A stretch of 64,000 nt of DNA from Sphagnum compactum (Eukaryota). Numbering within the stretch: the first letter of the stretch is position 1; every line of letters starts with the position of its first letter. The stretch spans positions 12,090,001 to 12,154,000 of the forward strand of contig OZ234494.1 in NCBI GenBank assembly GCA_965153455.1, given 5' to 3'. Of this stretch, positions 14,077-27,732 are shown one piece after another. The position numbers and the translations under genes are program-made. The notes under the pieces were generated by a model that was not told the origin of the DNA, ran no database searches, and worked only from the letters and a program-made list of their open reading frames with translations.

Positions 14077-17021
14077 TCAAAAAGTGAAACATGAAAAGTC
14101 TAAACTTTTTGTCCATACCTTTCGTTTGAAGGACAAATGTGCCACTTGATCTTGAATCGCTTCAAAAAAGTCATTGCCATCAACTGGACTAGTTGTGTGG
14201 ACATAAATCTCAAGGTTTACCAAAGTGTCATGCATCTTCATTCGGAACATCTCTAGTAAGGTTACACAAGTTACAAGTGTTTGAGGAATCATATGAAGGA
14301 TTAATGTTTTCACCGGTGGCCACTTCTTCACTTCCATGACCATGGGGAGGTTCAATTCCATTGAATGCCATAGCCCTGGTCCAATGTTTAAAATTTCAAG
14401 ATTAGGACATTCATATTGTAGTATTTTGAAATTTGGAAGGTTTAATGTCACTTCTTTCAAGACTCCAAGCCACTTCCCATCTTCACCCAATGCCATGCAG
14501 GGAATATCAAGAAACACTTTGTTCAAGAATTGGTTCATCTTCACCAACTTTGAAAGTGCAAAAAATTTTGATGCTCCATAAAGCAATTCTTGCAATTGTT
14601 TGATCTCGCAAAATTCAATTGAAGAGCAATTGTGAACTTCAAGATTGAAGGCAACAAATTTTAACTCAGGTGCAATTATGGACAACTCATTAGGACATGC
14701 CATCTTCAATTGGAGCTTTGATAAATTTGGCAGATTCATTGTGACCTTTTTTGCCTTTGTTGAGAGTCCTAAGCATAGGACTTTTAGTTTTGGTGACTCC
14801 AAGCACCCAATCAACACTCCAAACACTCCCAACAAAGCTAGTGTTTGGAGGTTTTTCATTTTTTCATTTATGTGATCCAAGGCATCATTGTTCACTTTAA
14901 CACAACGAAGTGTAAAGTTGAACAACATTGGCATCTCAATGCACTCTCTTGTATCAATGAACATATTTCGTAAATCAATTGTTTTCAATCTCATGCCTGT
15001 GTAAACAAATAAAAACAACAAAATGATTATTTGCTCGATTGATCAACATTTGTGCACAAGAGACACAAAATCATTCTAAGTATGTAGCAATCTCAATATG
15101 TTTAAACCATGTGTGTGTTAGGCCCCTCACCTTGTAGACTTGGGTTGAATTCGTAGATGTGACAAAGTTTAATTGTACAAATTTTTGGTGTCCCAGGTCA
15201 ATATTTTTTCAAAAAATCAACAAATTCAAAAATAATAATTAATGCCAAATCTGTTCACTAAGTGCGGACTAATTTAGAAACATTAGGCCATTCACTTTTC
15301 ATTATTCAAAATAATTTGAAGCAAATGTTTGTCCATTGAAATGTTGATACAAAGATTTTATAGTTGAATATAATTATATTTATGATTTATACATTGTAAA
15401 AAAATGAATAAATGAAAAGTTATTCTTAAACATCTCCAATGACAAAGAATGTATTGTAATTTTTGAAAATCATTCTTATGATTTTTTATCAATAAAAATA
15501 TAATAATCATTTAATCAAGTTTATGGAATGTACTCTAACAATTAAATTAATTTAAAAAAAAATTCTTGTATGTTCCTATATGATTTTCAATAGTTCATCA
15601 TCATTTATGGCAACCTCAAATTTGATTTTAATAGATAACATGGACATCATGTGATAAGGAAATTAAGGAATGAGGTACTTATGAGGATAAAAGTGAGATA
15701 GTTTTGAAAAGGTATTCAAATAATAACAATAGAAGATAACTAAACTGCTTGAAGCCATAGACTTTGGATAAATCCAGAGAGCACAAAAGTTGGAGAGCTT
15801 ACAATTTTGGGAAAAAATCTTCAAGATTGGTGACTGTCGTGTCATGGCTTGTGGACCGTAGTCCGCAATGCAGACATGCTGCAAAGTGTCGCCTACAAAT
15901 GGCACCCATCTTTGCAAATGATGTGGGTCACTCAACCAGTGATCAGTCAATTGTCTTTCATTCACATCCACGGACTTTGATTGGAGTTTTGGCTCGATTT
16001 CAATTCGGAGCTGTTGAATGCACGGTTTGGACTTAAGACCCTGTTCGACTGCTTCTCGGAAAGGCATGTGCTGATGATTTTGTCTTGACTTGCTTGATTC
16101 ACACACCTCGCTTCCATCAACAGGCTGATCCTTGAAATTATTTGGCTTGTCAACATCTGATTTTGAACCAAATGGAACTCCAAGATTTTGGTCTGTTGAG
16201 CCTTGAGTCTTATGTGCACCACTCTCCTCATCCAACCTTCTTCGGGATTCATTACCGGTTCTCTGGCCTGGTGAGGAACCTTGCACTTCATTTCCAAAGC
16301 TGTCCAGTGATGAATTGTGGCTCCTGTTGTTAACATCCATGCACTCAGAATTTATTTGAGATGTTTCTCCATGATCATCTTCCGAAGGCTTTTTGATAGC
16401 CCTGGTTTTCCTGGCATTTTCATGATCCTCGTTTCGACAAACCCACCGAACAGAGCGGACGTTTTTCCCAGCTTCGTTGAAGCCTCTGCACGTGCAACTG
16501 GCCCTTCCAATATCGCGAGAATCTTCGAGACAACTGAAGATAATATCGCAAATGTGATTTGTTAACATCTGTACAACACAACAATCTATTTGTTAGCATG
16601 GATGTTGTCATCTACTTGCCCTCCCCTGTAGTTATCTTCACGAAATACAAAATAAACTTCCAGAGGATACTTGTTTGAGACGAAGTATGCATCAGATTGA
16701 TGATTCCTTACCTCATTGATACATTTTACAGAATCAGAAGTTGCTTTCTCACTAGCACCACATCCTTTCGATCGCTTCTGAATCAACAAGAAAATAAAAA
16801 AGAAGTTCTGAGAAAATTTAGTTCCAGCCTTGAAGCAATTAAGGCCATTCCAATTCACATTTGCCACCATAGTTAGGCTCCAAAAAAAAAACCATGACCC
16901 CGTCCCCAGTGGCAAACTGCAATATACACGAGGCACCCACAAATCTACGATTACCGACAAACTTAAAATTTACTCTCGCACTCCTGGAACACCACTTTCT
17001 TGTTGAAGATTCGACAAACAT
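14077..17021 (-). CDS. F-box/LRR-repeat protein (At4g29420-like family), predicted 4 coding exons, 599 aa
   Basis: Exons 17021-16974, 16777-16712, 16568-15803 and 14996-14077 have GT/AG junctions in compatible phases (0,0,1) and total 1800 nt. F-box motif INEMLTNHICDIIFSCLEDSRDIGRASCTCRGF; family-typical HWLSDPHHLQRWVP and LRR-like LxLxxV repeats. The first exon/ATG is less certain than the last three. Confidence 0.85.
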
Positions 17022-17072
17022 TGCACACTAATAGAACTCCCTGGAAGTCCTTTCGTTACAACACAGGACTTA

Positions 17073-17108
17073 TCTCTCTCTCTCTCTCTCTCGCTCTTCT
17101 CTCTCTCT
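17073..17108. repeat. (CT)n microsatellite upstream of the F-box ATG
   Basis: Direct reading of the tctctc run. Confidence 0.9.
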
Positions 17109-17384
17109 AAAGAGTGATATTCTTTTATATGCAGAAGCACTCAATCTTCAATCTCAGCATACTTTGGACAACATTATAGTGCCGACGAAACAAAAATAGA
17201 TCCTTCACTTCCTGCAAACTATTTTAAGAAAAAGCTTATCTCACTCGCACAACAACCAGTATGGCATCCGACACTTACAGAAGTTCGCGAAAAGGCGTAA
17301 GAACACATCCTCGGTCTACCTTCGGAGGAAGCATATGCCCCCTCCCCTCTCTCTCCACAAGTATATATTTGCCGACACAACACC

Positions 17385-17537
17385 AACTTATACTACAACA
17401 ACTCTCCGCTGTACCGACACCACAACAACTCTCCCTGTACCGACACCACAACAACTCTCCCCTGTACCGACACCACAACAACTCTCCCCTGTGGTGTCAA
17501 TACTACGTCAACTCTCGTTTGTACGGACACAACAACT
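17385..17537. repeat. 26-27 bp minisatellite (actctcccctgtaccgacaccacaaca), about 5 units
   Basis: Three near-identical units at 17401-17480 plus degenerate flanking units. Confidence 0.85.
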
Positions 17538-17734
17538 TGATACTACCTCAACTGTCCGAAAGTGGAAACTAGGCTCTGTTGTGACGTGATGTTGAAGCAA
17601 GCGGCGAATAAGCAGCAGCGCGAGCTAAGAAAGCAAGGAGAGAGAGAGCCTCAGAGTAGGAGATGAAGAAGAAGAAAACGTTGTGGCTTGTGGCGATGAA
17701 CTGGAGGTTGCAGAAATACACATTTGCTCTCCTT

Positions 17735-17743
17735 GATATATAG
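17735..17743 (-). promoter_or_regulatory. Candidate TATA box of the F-box gene
   Basis: CTATATATC on the minus strand ~30 nt before a CT-rich (Y-patch) leader, with a gag|gtagt donor near 17546. Confidence 0.4.
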
Positions 17744-18689
17744 GCCACCGTTCCGACTGTTTGATTGTTTCAAAAGCAATAAAAATCTTGAAGAATCATG
17801 TACCGTTTTCCACGCAATAAGTTTCAGTTGACAGATCTGTCTGTGAAAAACTTTACATCAGTTTTGAATTCTCTCTGATGAACTGAACTTGATTGGTGGG
17901 TTACATATTACAGATGCCTGCACAGTAGGGTGGATGTACAATCAGTCTGTTGTCGGACTTTGAGGGTTTCAAACAAATCAATAATTTCATGAGTTTTTGT
18001 AAAGAACTTTCAACGCACTGACACAGTTCATTTTTTTGAAGAACTGAAGAACATTGAAAATGGGGTTGCATGGTTTCTCGCAGAACTGTGCAAGGCCGAA
18101 AAAGGTGTGCAAAAATAGAAGCGAAACCAGCGCCGGACAGAGCTCGTTAGGGGGTGTTTAGCTTCTAGCAAAAGTTACCTGAAGCCTCAGGGGAGGGGCA
18201 TTCAGAGTATGGGCCCTGGTGAGGCCGAGCCCAGGCAGCCCCTTGTTCTGAGAATGCCCGAATCCTGCATGAGGCAGAGCCCAGGTGGCCCCTTATTTTG
18301 AGAATGCCTTCTCCCCAGGGTTTTATCATTGCTTAAAGGAAAGCTAATACTGCACATTCTAATCTGAAAAGTTCCTCTGCTGAGAGAAGGGACCTTTCAA
18401 AAACAAGGGGCCTGCATGAGGTAGAGCCGAGGCCAAGGCATCCAATGCGAAGTGCAGACTAAACAAAAATAGACCCTTATTCTGAGAATGCCCTTCCCTC
18501 AAGGGCTTTACTATGCTTAAAGCACAGCTCCAGAACATTCTAAATCTGCAAACTTCCTCCTCTCAGCAAAGGAACTTTAATGGTCATAGGCTAAATATGC
18601 CCCGTTGTGATCGAATTTTTTTTTTGTGTGCGGTTATGGGTGTGGGGAAAAAACAATAACCAAAAAATGTCACAATGTTATATGTAGTC

Positions 18690-19000
18690 ATGTTTGGTGA
18701 TGGGAAATGACTAGCACATTGTACTACACATACTTGGGAACAACTATGGTTTAGGGTTTATCTTGTTTTTAAGAGTGGGTTGAACTCTTCTCCAGAAAAC
18801 CAAACCCAAAGAAGTCAAAAGAATGTTTGGTGATAGGAGAGACTAGCACATTCTTAATTGAACTCTTTTCCAGAAAACCAAACCCAAAGGAGTCAAAAAA
18901 ATGTTTGGTGATAGGAGAGACTAGCACATTCTTAAGGGTGGGATGGACTCTTTTTCACAAAACAAAACCAAGATAAGCAAATAAAAAGAAAAAGTGAATG
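18690..19000. repeat. Local ~79-bp tandem duplication with degenerate extra copies
   Basis: ttgaactctt.tccagaaaaccaaacccaaag.agtcaaaa.aatgtttggtgataggagagactagcacattcttaa occurs at ~18780 and ~18858. Confidence 0.8.
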
Positions 19001-20799
19001 TTTGGTTATGAGGGCTTAGGCTCACATTAAAAGGCATGCAACTAGTCATCAATAAACTCTGAACCCTAACAAGGATACAATGCACAAGGATGAGCAAAGG
19101 ATATCATATTTTTGAATCCTCCTAAGCAACACATTTATTAGTCCCCAAAGGAAAGTCCTTAAAGATTCTTACTATGCATAAGCACTCTGCATTCCCTCTA
19201 ACAAAAGAGGCACAAATCAAACTTTAAACTTAAGCAATGCTTACATCAAAATGAATAGATCATTTTTTACTTTTAGTGTGAGCTTTAAATATGTCCTCTC
19301 TATAAGCCAAAATAGAAGAATAATTCCAACTCTACTTAGAATTCCTAAGTCCTAATGTTGTAGTGTTAGGAAATTCAAACCTACTACTGAAAATAAAACA
19401 TATAAAGAATGATAGTTCAAGTTTGAAAGTTTACTTGCAAAAAATAGGTTTTAAAGAGAAAGTATAGAAAGTTCAATAATAATAACTAAGTTCAAAATAG
19501 ATCTGCAAAAAATAAAAAACAAGGTGAAACTAGAGCATGTAGAAGACGAATCAACATCATAAACACAAATTGAAACTATAAATCAAATTTGCAATCAAAA
19601 GTTCAAGAAATATTTGGATTATCGTTGGATCCAACAATCCATATTCCAAATGGTTGCATCAAAGAGATTCAAGATAGATAAGGATTAGCTAAGTCATATC
19701 AATCATTCCTATATATATTTTCTTGTTACATGCAAATCAACAAAAATGTTGATTTAAATTGGAATGATTTTGTAGAATATTTTGATCTAATATGTTTTTA
19801 TTATAGCACTATTAGAACATGTTATAGCAAAAATTTCAGATTTATTACACTTTTTGGATTCTTGAATCATTTGTAGGAAAAAGAAAGGCATATCATTGGT
19901 TGGGCCATATTGCATTCCATCGAGTTGCTAGAGGTTGGGACCAAAAAGAAGAAAACAATAATAAATTTGACAATCCTTCATAGTCCTTCATAGGCGACAA
20001 AGTAGAATGCCGAACTTGCAAACAACAAATAAGGATAATGTTCTATGTTGCATGCGATTTAAACCTTATGTTCAAAAGTGAATGCTTACATTGAAAATGA
20101 TCAACTTATTTTGAAGATGTTGATCCTATGGATTTTCATCTAATTCAATATGGGAGTAGGTAGCATTTGTTAGTGGCCAAATGATTGTTTGATTTTAGGT
20201 GACTAATCAAACCATCGTGGGTTGCCATGTGTATGATCTTTTTTTCAAATCATTTTTTCCTCATCTTGGACCCTTTTCAAGCAATTTAAACAACCATGGG
20301 TGCGTTTTCTAGTGGTCAATATTTTATCTTCAGGGTGTAGATAGAAATGAGGCATTGAGAGGGAGGTGACTGAGACATTAAATGTTCAACCACTGATTGG
20401 TTGACCTTAAGGTGCCGTTTGAGTCACTATGAAAATGACACCAATGCTTAAAAGGGTTGTTTAAATGTCCTGCATTATTCACCACTTTTGAGGTTTTTTA
20501 AAGGTTTTGTCTAAAGCCAGAAGTACTACTAGCAAAAGTCTAGTAGCCTAGACCACGTTGGGAACTAAAATTAGTGATAACTTACCCATTGGGTGATATT
20601 TAAAGGCATGGATTTTGGTGTTATATAGTAATATTTGTAGAATCTATGTTGATGTTCAATTGGTAGATTTTGCACATTTACACATGTCAATAGTTATTTA
20701 CAACGTTCTGTATTTCCATCGCCATGTGTTTTGTAACGTTATACTGAGTTTAATGTTCGTATCATAGCTATGTTAAAAAAATTATTAAGGTTAAGATCC

Positions 20800-21712
20800 T
20801 GACGCACCCCAAACTCCTTGGTAGACTCAACTGCAAGTCTAAATGTGAAAACAGTGAAAGGATGAGGAGTCGAGGCACGCCCCTTGGCTCGCAGCACTCC
20901 GAGAGTAAAGGGGCGTGCTGGAGCTCCGGGAAAAGGACTAGGAAGAGTGATAAGCAAGTCAATTACCCACACAGACTTGCACAAACCCAACAACAAGTTG
21001 ATTAATGCATAGCTGGAACACTTTTGGTGCACGAATGAGCCATGGGCAACACACGGACTCACAAGACTCACCACGGCCTGGACTTGGGGGAAGCCACCAC
21101 CTTCCCCCTTATAGTACTTTCTATGCCTGGCCATAGGAGCAACACTTAAATGTCATTTTTTAGACTCCTAAATGGGAGTCTCGAAATTCTCAAAATTGGG
21201 ACTCCCGCAACTTTGGAGGCCCATAACTTTTTATGCAAACCTTTGATCGATGTGAGGTTTTAAATAAAGTTGTTGCCTCGTTGAGAACTTTCCAACAATA
21301 TGTGGCATGCCACCTGCATGCAAGGAAATCGAAGCGATTCACGACTTTTAGTGGTCGGGAGTCAAATTGGCAATTTGACTTCTGGCCCTTCTTTTGACCA
21401 TAACTTGTGTTTTAAATACCCAAATGGGTCATGCGAGCCCATTTTAGACATCTACGTTCCAAGAGCGTTTTAATGATATAAGGAACCTTTCAATCCAATG
21501 AGTTTTGACCCCTGCAATTGCCCTCTGAAGATTCTGGGAATCCATTGGGACTCTAACTCCCAAAATGGGAGCTCACTTGGGAGTGTGGGGGTTCATTCCC
21601 TCACATTTTCTTGCACTCCCGGGAGCATGAAATGTGACTCCCGGGCTCATTTTTGGCCCGCACCTTTACAAGCCCTTGCCTTGATCGTGAGCCCAAGGTT
21701 AGGGTTGTGACA
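20800..21712 (-). mobile_element. Solo LTR (913 bp) with 5-bp TSD GATCC
   Basis: TG...CA termini; GATCC at 20795-20799 and 21713-21717; reverse-complement homologue of the LTR at 27733-28644; no internal gag-pol. Confidence 0.9.
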
Positions 21713-21717
21713 GATCC

Positions 21718-22900
21718 TTTGGCACCATAGTGCACCATTTGGTTCATCATCAGGTCATTCTTCTTACTTCTTTAGGGGGGTTAGGCTTTCCCTCAATACT
21801 TTGACGTGGTGCCTTCGCCTTTTTAGGATTCTGGGCTTTGATAAATCCTGATCGATATTAGTCTTTTGTTTCCAGCAGGATGATCACCCTACTTTTCTTG
21901 ATGCAATAGCACATGTAGAGATTGATACTTATCCCTTCCAGTTCGCACTATGGGATACCTGTGCAATGTTACTTGAGGTCGTCTGATCACATGTCTTTCC
22001 TTTCAAGAGTCTAGTGGTGTAATCCTATCCTCAAATGCAATCTTCTTTGATGGACCAATTACACGAGCAAGTTACTTCGCTTTTAGTAGATGCTCTTTTG
22101 GATGTCATGCAAGCACGTTTTCATTCTTGTGTAGGTCCAGTAGCAGGGGCTTGGTTACTAGCTCATCCTATAACCCCTTCATTCTGTTTATTCTTCGCCC
22201 ATTTTTAAAACATTCCATATTCATCTCGGTATACCACATCTTACAATTTCGCATCTTTCACGATGCTAGTGTGGTCATACCATCAATGATTTGGGTATCC
22301 ATTTGTTATGTTGCCCATGTGGGAGTGAGCTCATTGCAGCCCATGATACATTTCGAGATACCATTGCAGCTATCGCATTAGAAAGTGGAACTCACGTACA
22401 GAGAGAGGTTTATCACCTTTTCCCCCACCACACACAAAGATAAGTGGATATTGTCATCGTTAGAAACAGTTTTTGTACCCTGACGGATGTTGTCATTACT
22501 AATCCAACTAGTACAAATTTGGTGCAGCATGCTTCAACAACAACAACGCATGTAGCAACAATTGTCGTTCAAAACAAAGCACAATCCTACACAAAACATG
22601 CACTAGGAGATGATTTCATTCCCCTTGCCATAGAAACCTACAATTGTCTCCATATTCGTTTTGATTCCTTTCTGACTTTTTGTGTACATGTCTATATAGC
22701 TTGTCATCAACAGACCTCCTTGATACTTTTGATGTTTATATCTCATAATAGACAACAAGTGTTGATAGCCCTACATCATGCACGAGCCAATGCAATTCTT
22801 CAACAGGCTACCACGCTTAATCACAATTCTTCATTTTTTCCACACATACCCAGCTAGTTCACCTCCATCGCCAGTTGGTTTGTGGCATAGGATGGCCTTT
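21718..22900 (+). pseudogene. Decayed non-LTR retrotransposon C-terminus with zinc knuckle and restriction-like endonuclease (CRE/R2-type)
   Basis: Translatable pieces QVILLTSLGGLG, C*CGHTINDLGIHLLCCPCGSE..AHDTFRD, R*VDIVI...DVVITNP and DDFIPLAIETY...RQQVLIAL match the CCHC plus PD-(D/E)xK RLE layout, with stops. It probably extends left of the solo LTR that interrupts it. Confidence 0.7.
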
Positions 22901-23033
22901 TAGCATTATGTCTTCCACTTCATTACTACTGTTTTGATGGTCTTGATTTTCCTTTCATGTGTTTACATTTGCATCGACACGTCTTATACTTTTTGTGGAT
23001 GGATTTCCATCCTTGTTTATATATATATATATA

Positions 23034-23739
23034 CTAGTGGTAACCCGTGCCTGCAAGGCACGACACGGCACTGGGAAAAAACTGGGAGTCCAAAGGAGAC
23101 CCCAAAGAACCCCATACTCACATAATCATCCATCCAGAACTCCTAATTAGATGGAACTCTAAATACGTAATATTTTCACCTGCATAATCATCCATCCAAA
23201 ACTCCTAATTGGACGGAATTACAAATACATGATATTTCATCCAAATAAATCACCATGCAAAACTTATCATTAGACGGAACTTACGAATACATAAATATTT
23301 CATCCACATAATCAATCCATCCAAAACTCTAAGTGGACAAAACTACAAAATCTTTAATATTTCATCCACAAATCATTCCTCCTAATTGGACGGAACTACA
23401 AATACATGATATCTCATCCTCATAACCACCCATCCAGAACTCTGAGCTCATTGGACGGAACTAAAAACGTATAATATTTCATCCACATAATCACAGAACT
23501 GCCGGGTTTTCGTGCACAGAACTGCCGGGTTTCACGAAAACCCGGAAAAGAGGAGCCAGGCAGGTGGAATATATTGTTATTTTACTTTTACAATTTGGGA
23601 TCTGGGTTTCAGGACCTCGACCAGACGGACGGACAGGCGGGTCCCGATCTGGGTTTCAGGACCTCGACGGACGGACAAGACCTCGACTTTCAGGACCTCG
23701 ACGGACAGACAAGGCACTTTATATATAAGATTCGATAGA
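23034..23739 (-). mobile_element. Non-autonomous Helitron (~700 bp) with internal ~60-bp tandem repeats
   Basis: 3' CTAG at 23034-23037 with hairpin CGTGCCT-GCA-AGGCACG (23046-23062); 5' TCTTATATATAAAG starting at 23730; A|T target; repeats cataatcatccatcca.aactcctaatt.gacggaact at 23121-23495. Confidence 0.85.
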
Positions 23740-23801
23740 TAATTTTAGCTTGAAAGGGTAAGCAATTTGTGAATGATAGCTAAAAAGTCAAGACTTATGT
23801 T

Positions 23802-24124
23802 CACTTTAGATGGAGGTCCAGGGTCCAAGTTCCTAGAACCAATTTGGACTGATTTGAAGCAAATTAAATCCTTGCGTTGGACCACAACAGTGGACCCTAG
23901 CTTGCATCTTCGTTCTCCACATCATGAGCTTTCCTTGAAGCGCCCTTTTTTGGGTTTGAACCAAGTGATTTTCCCTGCAAAATGATCCCATTTAGGTTTA
24001 GCCTCTGTTTGCCACTTTTTGGTCCTGGACCCTAATCTAAAGTCATGGGTCCAATTTAAGGCTCTTAATCAATAGAATTGCTCTATTTCATTGGACCCTA
24101 GACCTTGGACCCTCATCTAAAGTG
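23802..24124. mobile_element. MITE-like element with terminal inverted repeats
   Basis: cactttagatg(gaggtccagggtcca) at 23802 versus (tggaccct)catctaaagtg ending at 24124. TSD not resolved. Confidence 0.5.
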
Positions 24125-27100
24125 GCTTGTAGCTATGTTTTCAAAGATACTCGTATATCTAAATTGTGAAAAGTGACAGTAGAAGACTTATGCTGTAATG
24201 TCTAGGTTACTTTTTCTTCTTTCAGCCTCCGAATTACATAACAATGTTACATCATTCTATCATTTTATGAACCTTCTTATTGGTTTTCATAGATGAAGGG
24301 TCAGAATATCTTGTTATAATAGGTAAGCATGTATCCACTTGGCAAACATGTGATCCTTGCTTTTAAAAGTTACTTTAGCTTGCTTCGAAAAAGGGTGCTG
24401 ATTTTCATGGAAGTGTTACTTTTGAGCATAACCAAGCACTGTTTCTAGCAAAATATGCCTTCAAAATATTTTACACCAAATGAAAGCACCCATATGGTGC
24501 AAGTGTCTCACTTCACAGTCCGACAGGTCAAGGATTGATGGAAATACAGACCTCATACTTGAGGTAAACGCAAACTTTGAGTCCACTTATGAATTGCTTG
24601 GGGGTGACATTTGTCATCCTTCCTTATGAGAACATAAAGACCCGCAGGATTGTTTTGAGTGTATTCAGATGGCATGTTCTACAGTCGGATTTGGCTTCTG
24701 AGAAATCGCAGGGCATTCTGCTTTAAGTAGGCATTTCCTGTTTTTGCAATGGGATGTTTCATTTTTTGAGGTATCTCCCAATTTTCCATCTTCCATTTGT
24801 CTTGTCCGTGTTAAGTTCCAAGAAAGAAAGAGGGTATCTTTTCCAAATTGAAACTATTCATTCACTTTATTCCTTTAGACATATAAAGAGTAATGATTGA
24901 AACTTTAAACTGATAATTTGCATTCAATAGTTTGATGTTACTAATTGTTATTAAGACTTGTAGAAATACCATAGGTGAAAAGTAAGTCTTGAAAAAATAA
25001 ATGTAATGTGAAAATTATTATCAATATCATTGTGCGAATCTTATAGTCTTTGATGAGTGACCCCCCTAAAAGAAAATCTTTAGGCTTGTGTGATGAACTT
25101 TTTTTTGCAATATAATTCTTATACAAAGATTCAATTTGAAGCGTGTGGATGATTCTGTCATAAGAAAATGGATTATTTCATATTGAAGATTATGTGAACA
25201 AGGAATAATATAAATATTATGTTATAATATGGTTGGATAATTTACCTATGTGTTAGAAGGGATTTAATCAAAACTTAACCCTCATAATAATTCCAAAACC
25301 CCTTAGGCTCCAAGATATACTAAACACAAGGTTATAATGACATTGCACCTCTAGTAACCATAAAACATTCAGAGACATTTCCTGATGACTTTAGAGGTCA
25401 CCTTAGGAATTCAACTCCCAAGTATAAAAAACCTGCACCAATTTGTTTTTAGTGAAATCAAAGAAAATTTTATGAAGCATATTGTTTTCTTTTGTTGTCC
25501 CAGTGCATTTTGAAAAATGGAACAGTCCATTTTTTGAAATGCACCACACAACTTTTTCGTCTTTTCCATGTATCATGGGAAATAATTTAAAATAAAAAGT
25601 GAGTGCATGTCTTTATGTTCCGTAAACCCGGTGGCCATGGGCTTTACTAGACACTTACTTGTCACTACCCTTTTTGTCTGCAAATAAAATTGTGAACTTT
25701 TCACAAGAATCTCATGTCTTTTCTAAGGGGAATTATTTTTTTCTCTAGAAAAGAGGTGAGCTCTTAAGCCACAAACTTAATTAGATATGGAGTGGGTGGG
25801 CAAAATCCCTCCCACTTTTAAAGGAAACGGGTTTTGAACATGATTTCCCTTTCATGTCATTCGCCGGACTCTTTCTTCATGGAAAAGGTAAAGGACATTA
25901 TTGTCTCGAATGCCCAAAAACACATTGGGAACCCAAAAAGTATCTCAAAAAGTACAGAGTGATGAAACCCTGCTAAACTTTATTGGGGGGTGGGGACATG
26001 GACTATGGCAGCAGATATTTATTGTGTGACATGAATTGATTGGTTGTAAGGTCAAAATACAGACAAGACTCCTAAAACCTAAAACCTAGGTACCAGGGAT
26101 TCCTCTTCCCATCATGGGAAGCTGCAAAACACCAGCCCTGACAGCTCTATGGGTGGTCTCAAAGTGTCGGGATAAGCACTGTACAACCCCCCCCCCCTAT
26201 CGAGCTTTGTCCGGCGCCCTTTCTGGGCCTGTCAGTGCAGCCCTGCGGAGAACCATCTGGTTCTGCCGTAGGGTTTCGCTTGTCTCGCCTGTTGCACAGT
26301 TTGACTAACAACACAAAACTAGTTTTTAATTCTTTACGAAAGGACGGGAAACTTGGATGTTTTAGACATGCAAAGAAAGACCCAGTCTCAAGATGAGCCT
26401 AAAGCTTCCATAGAAAATAGAACCAAGATTTAAAGGTTCTTTTTAAAACCAGGAACCAGACAGCACTGGTAAAGACCGACCTTGTAGGATATTTATTTTT
26501 TATTTAACAAGAGAACAAAATAATGGGGATCTCAAAAAACATAGTTTCCACCTTTGGCATAAGAAAAATGTGTCACCAAATAAAACAATTAGGGGAAAGT
26601 CTGTGCAAGGCTTTGGAAAATGTATTCAATAAGGTGGTGGTTGTTCAAATGTGTGCATTTTCTTCCCCTTCCAAATATCTGCATCCACAACAGTAAAATA
26701 GCCTTTACAGCAGAGTTTTTCCTGAAAGTCATACTGTCTTCACCCTGTATTTGGGCCTCTTGTCACCCCCCTATCCCCTCTTTGAGTGAGGTCCCCAAAG
26801 TAATGAAGTTTTATTAAATCTGGGTATGAAGTGCTGGAACTCAGCGTTTAATAATGCCTTGAAAGAGGGAGATGATTGTTTTTGATTGGGTAACAATAAT
26901 GATTAGCCCAGGTGCTGACATTTAAGTAGTCTTACACTTTATATTGCCCAATTTTTCATGTTTATGCATGAGGATTGTGGAAATATACTTAACACTATGT
27001 TGGAAGGGTAAACATTCATATTAACTAAAATAAGGGGTTTGAGTGGATAATTTATTCATTGTGCCCTTCAAAGGAAAAATAAACTTTAATAGTACATAGC

Positions 27101-27732
27101 ATATGACATTGCTTAATTATCATGTATATTGAATAATTCTAGAGATAATGATCCATCAAAATTGGTTTAGGTAGGACAACTTTAAATTTCACCAGCCATT
27201 CCTTTGAATGAGTTGTCCTTTGGACAGTTTCAAACTAGAATTTGTTTCGTTGATTTTCAAATAAAGACGGATGCAAATGTGTCTTTTTGAATATGTGTCT
27301 TTTCAAAAAAACAAAATTTCAATAACTTCTATACCAATTTGCATCCCATTTTTTAAAAATTGAATTGAATTGAATGATAATCAAATTGAATCCAAATCCA
27401 ATTCAATTTGAATTCAATTCAATTGGATCTAAATTCCATTCAATGTATTTGAATCAAATTTAGGATTTTGAATTTAATGCAATTCAATTTAGGGATTAAA
27501 ATTTCACTCAATTCAATTCAAGTTGCATGCAATGTCATATTTTCATTTGGATGGCACTTAATTTTCACAAAATCAATTCAATTTTTCAGTAGTGCATAAC
27601 AATGTGGAACCCAAGTAAATAAATGTAGGGGAGTTTAACCATGAGGGCATAGTGGGGTGAACAGGTGGCCTCATATCTTTTCAATTGTTTTAAGATTGTG
27701 CAAGGGGTTCAATTGATCGCTAAGAGTTTAAG

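Noticed and set aside
20739-21134. 131-aa ORF and similar ORFs at 28123-28531
   Set aside because: They lie within solo LTRs and have no protein features.
26060-26330. Structured ncRNA such as telomerase RNA (hairpins, cctaaaacctaaaacc, terminal T run)
   Set aside because: No clear USE/TATA promoter, the would-be template does not match TTTAGGG, and tatcgagctttgtccggcgc recurs in reverse at ~18130-18150, indicating a dispersed repeat.
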